A DNA stretch of 22,931 bases. Source: Elusimicrobiota bacterium (GTDB lineage: Bacteria > Elusimicrobiota > Elusimicrobia > UBA1565). Under the pieces are notes generated by a model. It ran no database searches. It was not told where the DNA came from and saw only the letters and a list, made by a program, of their open reading frames with translations. Both the position numbers and the translations under genes were made by a program. Position 1 is the stretch's first letter; every line of letters begins with the position of its first letter. Positions 20,602 through 22,931 of this stretch are shown piece after piece. The stretch spans positions 1 to 22,931 of the forward strand of contig JBDREN010000139.1 in the NCBI GenBank assembly GCA_043819795.1, given 5' to 3'.

Positions 20602-22242
20602 CTACCGCCTTTGCCCGGGAGGGCCGCCCCCCGGAGGCCCGGCGGGCGGCTCGCCGCCGGGGGGCCCCTTGGGAGGCGTGCCCCCAGGGATGCCGGGCTC
20701 GTGGCGCGGTCCCGGTTCCGCGGGCCGGCCCGGCTCCTGGGGCGGTCCGGCGCACCCCTCGTTGATTGAGCCGTCGCAGTCGTTGTCCACCCGGTCGTCG
20801 CAGGCTTCCGCGGCTCCCGGGTTCACGCTCGCGTCGGCGTCGTCGCAGTCCACGCCGGGATGGGCGCAGCCGGAGGCGTTCCCCGCCCGCCCGTAGCCGT
20901 CTTCGTCGGCGTCCACGCAGCACGTGGGGTCGGGGCTGCCCTGCGCGGCGCAGAAGAGCCCCTCCCTGCCGTCGCAGAAGCCGTCGTCGCAGTCGCAGGC
21001 GTCTCCCTCGTCGTCCGCGTCCGTGTCCGTCTGATCGGGATCGGAGACGCCCGGGCAATCGTCGCAGGCGTCCCCTAATCCGTCGGCGTCCGCGTCCGGG
21101 AACTCGCCGGGCGGCCTGCCCGCCAGCCAGCCGTCCTTATAGCCGTAGGGATGGCTGTCGACGACATCGGCCCGGTTGCTGTCCGCGCCGGGGACGAACA
21201 GCGGGTCGCAGGATCGTCCCCACCAGTTGCCCTCCCCGTTGTGGGAGAGCTCGACGGGCTGCTCCGCGAAGGCGGGGTATCCCGACATGGCGTACACGTT
21301 GTTGCGGTAGACCATGTTCCCGGAGCCCGGATTCCGAAACACGAACCCTCTTGTCCCGCCGGATATATCGTTCTCGGTTATCGTGTTGTCGTCGGAGGCG
21401 CCGATCAGGACGGCGTTGTCGAGGCCCGAGAGCACGTTCCCCGCGAGCCGGTTGCCCGATCCCGGGTAGTTGATGAGGACGCCCCAAAGGCCGTCCGAGA
21501 TGGCGTTGGCGGAGATCGTGCAGCGCGAGCCGTAGTAGTGGACGATGCCGTGCATGCTGCCGGAGATCACGTTGTGCGTGATCAAGTTGTCGTGCGAGGC
21601 GGTCGCCCCGATGCCGCTGTAGGCGCCCGTGATCTCGTTGCCCGCGATGGTGTTCTCGGGGGCGTAGTACAGCTCCATGAAATTGTTTCTAAGGGTGTTC
21701 GCGATGATCCGGCTGTACCTGGCCCCGTGCATGCTGATGCCGGCGTAGGAGTTGTCGAAGGCGAGGTTGTCCGAGACGACGGAGTAGTCCACGGGCCCGT
21801 ATAGGAAGATGCCGAAGCGGTTGCGTGTGACGGTGTTCCCAACGACCGTATTGTTGTGCGAGTTGGCGCAGACCAGGATGGCCGCATATGTGTTGCCCGA
21901 ACCGGAATTGCCGCTCAGGAGATTGTCCGCCGCATAGAAGAGGTAGATGCCGTTATAGAAGTTGTCCGTCCGGCAGTTCTTCACCGTGACGCCGGACCTC
22001 CCGTTCAGGAAGATCCCGGCGCCGGTCCCGTCGCCCGTGATGCTGTGGCCGTCGCAGTCCAGGGTTATGCCGTCGGCCCCGATCAGAAGGGCGTCCCCGG
22101 CGCAGACGAGGTCGCCGGTCATGACCGTGTCGACGGCGATCGTGTCGCCGCAGCCCACGGCCGCTCGCGCCGGGACGGCCCCCGCGAGGGCTATGGCCAG
22201 GCACGCCAAGATCAATATGCCGATGATTAGTAGGATCCTCAT
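20602..22242 (-). CDS. Secreted right-handed parallel beta-helix (NosD/CASH-like) protein with TSP3 repeat, Cys/Asp metal-binding (MopE-related) motif and Pro/Gly-rich tail, 546 aa
   Basis: ATG 22242 with GGAGGA RBS; signal MRILLIIGILILACLAIALAGAVPARA; ADGITLDCDGHSITG, repeated GIxL..NxxxxN units, GNWW, DADADGLGDACDDCP..DPDQTDTD, DCDDADASVNPGAAEACDDRVDNDCDG. Confidence 0.88.
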   Translation of the reverse strand: MRILLIIGILILACLAIALAGAVPARAAVGCGDTIAVDTVMTGDLVCAGDALLIGADGITLDCDGHSITGDGTGAGIFLNGRSGVTVKNCRTDNFYNGIYLFYAADNLLSGNSGSGNTYAAILVCANSHNNTVVGNTVTRNRFGIFLYGPVDYSVVSDNLAFDNSYAGISMHGARYSRIIANTLRNNFMELYYAPENTIAGNEITGAYSGIGATASHDNLITHNVISGSMHGIVHYYGSRCTISANAISDGLWGVLINYPGSGNRLAGNVLSGLDNAVLIGASDDNTITENDISGGTRGFVFRNPGSGNMVYRNNVYAMSGYPAFAEQPVELSHNGEGNWWGRSCDPLFVPGADSNRADVVDSHPYGYKDGWLAGRPPGEFPDADADGLGDACDDCPGVSDPDQTDTDADDEGDACDCDDGFCDGREGLFCAAQGSPDPTCCVDADEDGYGRAGNASGCAHPGVDCDDADASVNPGAAEACDDRVDNDCDGSINEGCAGPPQEPGRPAEPGPRHEPGIPGGTPPKGPPGGEPPAGPPGGGPPGQRR

Positions 22243-22286
22243 GATCGTCCTCCGTCCGGGCATTGCTCAAACCTCGAATCCAAGAT

Positions 22287-22316
22287 AGTGTAGATCGGCA
22301 CCTGCGGACTTTTCAA
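22287..22316 (-). promoter_or_regulatory. Candidate sigma70 promoter for the beta-helix gene
   Basis: Minus strand TTGAAA (22316-22311), 18 nt, TACACT (22292-22287). Confidence 0.55.
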
Positions 22317-22381
22317 GGACAACAGCTGACAAACGTATAGAAAAAACACTGATAAAACAAAGCACAATATTTTTTGTCAGG
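22313..22381. promoter_or_regulatory. Conserved ~70-bp upstream element, copy B (copy A at 2596-2665)
   Basis: tcaaggacaacagctgaca...tttttgtcagg, in the same position relative to the -35 box as copy A. Confidence 0.65.
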
Positions 22382-22475
22382 AATCTTAAGCGATACGGCG
22401 CCGAATTCCCCGGGAAAATCCGCTGAGGTTTCAGCCTGACGCCTTTTTTTATGCGCGCGGATCCGGCTTAAGAAA

Positions 22476-22484
22476 TGCTATAAT
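22476..22484 (+). promoter_or_regulatory. Extended -10 promoter of the cold-shock gene
   Basis: TGcTATAAT at 22476-22484, giving an AT-rich leader of about 115 nt. Confidence 0.6.
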
Positions 22485-22604
22485 ATGTTCGTAAGTCTAA
22501 GCCTTGCGATTGACCCGCCCTTCCAAGATTAAACATCATGATAGTGCGAAAGTCGCTGCTAAAATCCAAAACTTACGAGCAGTAAACGGAAAAAGAGAGA
22601 AAGT

Positions 22605-22808
22605 ATGAAAGGAACAGTCAAGTGGTTCAACGACCAGAAAGGATTCGGGTTCATCACGCCTGAAGACAACTCAAAGGACCTCTTCGTCCACCACTCGAGC
22701 ATCGTGGCCGACGGATTCAAGTCCCTGGCCGAGAACCAGCAGGTAGAGTTTGACGTCGAGCAGTCCGAGAAGGGCCCGCGGGCGGGAAACGTAAGGGTCA
22801 CGAACTAG
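22605..22808 (+). CDS. csp: Cold-shock protein (CspA family)
   Basis: [17 protein letters not shown] (RNP1), LFVHHS (RNP2), [21 protein letters not shown]. The paralog letter cannot be assigned. Confidence 0.96.
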   Translation: MKGTVKWFNDQKGFGFITPEDNSKDLFVHHSSIVADGFKSLAENQQVEFDVEQSEKGPRAGNVRVTN

Positions 22809-22833
22809 GACTCATCAGGCTCTGAATAAGAAA

Positions 22834-22863
22834 GAAGCCCCGCGCCGCAAGGCGCGGGGCTTC
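22834..22863. terminator. Intrinsic terminator-like hairpin after csp
   Basis: gaagccccgcgcc-GCAA-ggcgcggggcttc, perfect 13-bp stem with GNRA loop. The A-run on the left gives a better U-tract on the minus strand. Confidence 0.75.
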
Positions 22864-22881
22864 CGCGTCCGGGGGCGTTTC

Positions 22882-22931
22882 GGCGTCAGGCTGCAACTTA
22901 TGGGCGCTCAATAAGTTTCATAAGTTGCAGC
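22882..22931. repeat. Inverted-repeat element cut by the window end; related half-copy at 22426-22443
   Basis: gctgcaacttatg (22890-22902) and cataagttgcagc (22919-22931). 22882-22899 matches the reverse complement of 22426-22443 at 16/18. Confidence 0.6.

Overview
GC-rich bacterial DNA from a diderm (it encodes a TolC-like protein), probably an anaerobe or microaerophile given the NifU/NifS-type Fe-S system; the taxon cannot be fixed from the sequence alone. From left to right: (1) a divergent pair of large secreted LamG/thrombospondin type-3 (TSP3) Ca-binding repeat proteins. The left one (<1..2478, minus) runs off the window and is missing from the ORF track. (2) A minus-strand tetR-tolC-MFP-RND operon with a clear sigma70 promoter and palindromic operator. 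(3) A 98-bp inverted-repeat element. (4) A cysK-cysE-nifU-nifS operon followed by a DUF318/ArsP-type permease with a C-terminal HMA domain. (5) A stand-alone preA-like flavoprotein gene. (6) An unannotated 28-aa CxCxC plus Lys-rich peptide gene with its own promoter and RBS. (7) A secreted beta-helix/TSP3 protein. (8) A cold-shock gene and an inverted repeat cut by the window end. The most unusual signals are an intact RND operon whose pump lacks the proton-relay residues and whose adaptor appears to lack both lipoyl and alpha-hairpin domains, LamG domains nested inside TSP3 repeats in all five cases, a ZU5-like HF|S candidate self-cleavage site, the micro-protein, and a ~70-bp upstream motif shared by two surface-protein genes 20 kb apart. 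Domain calls rest on motif recognition by eye; no searches were run.
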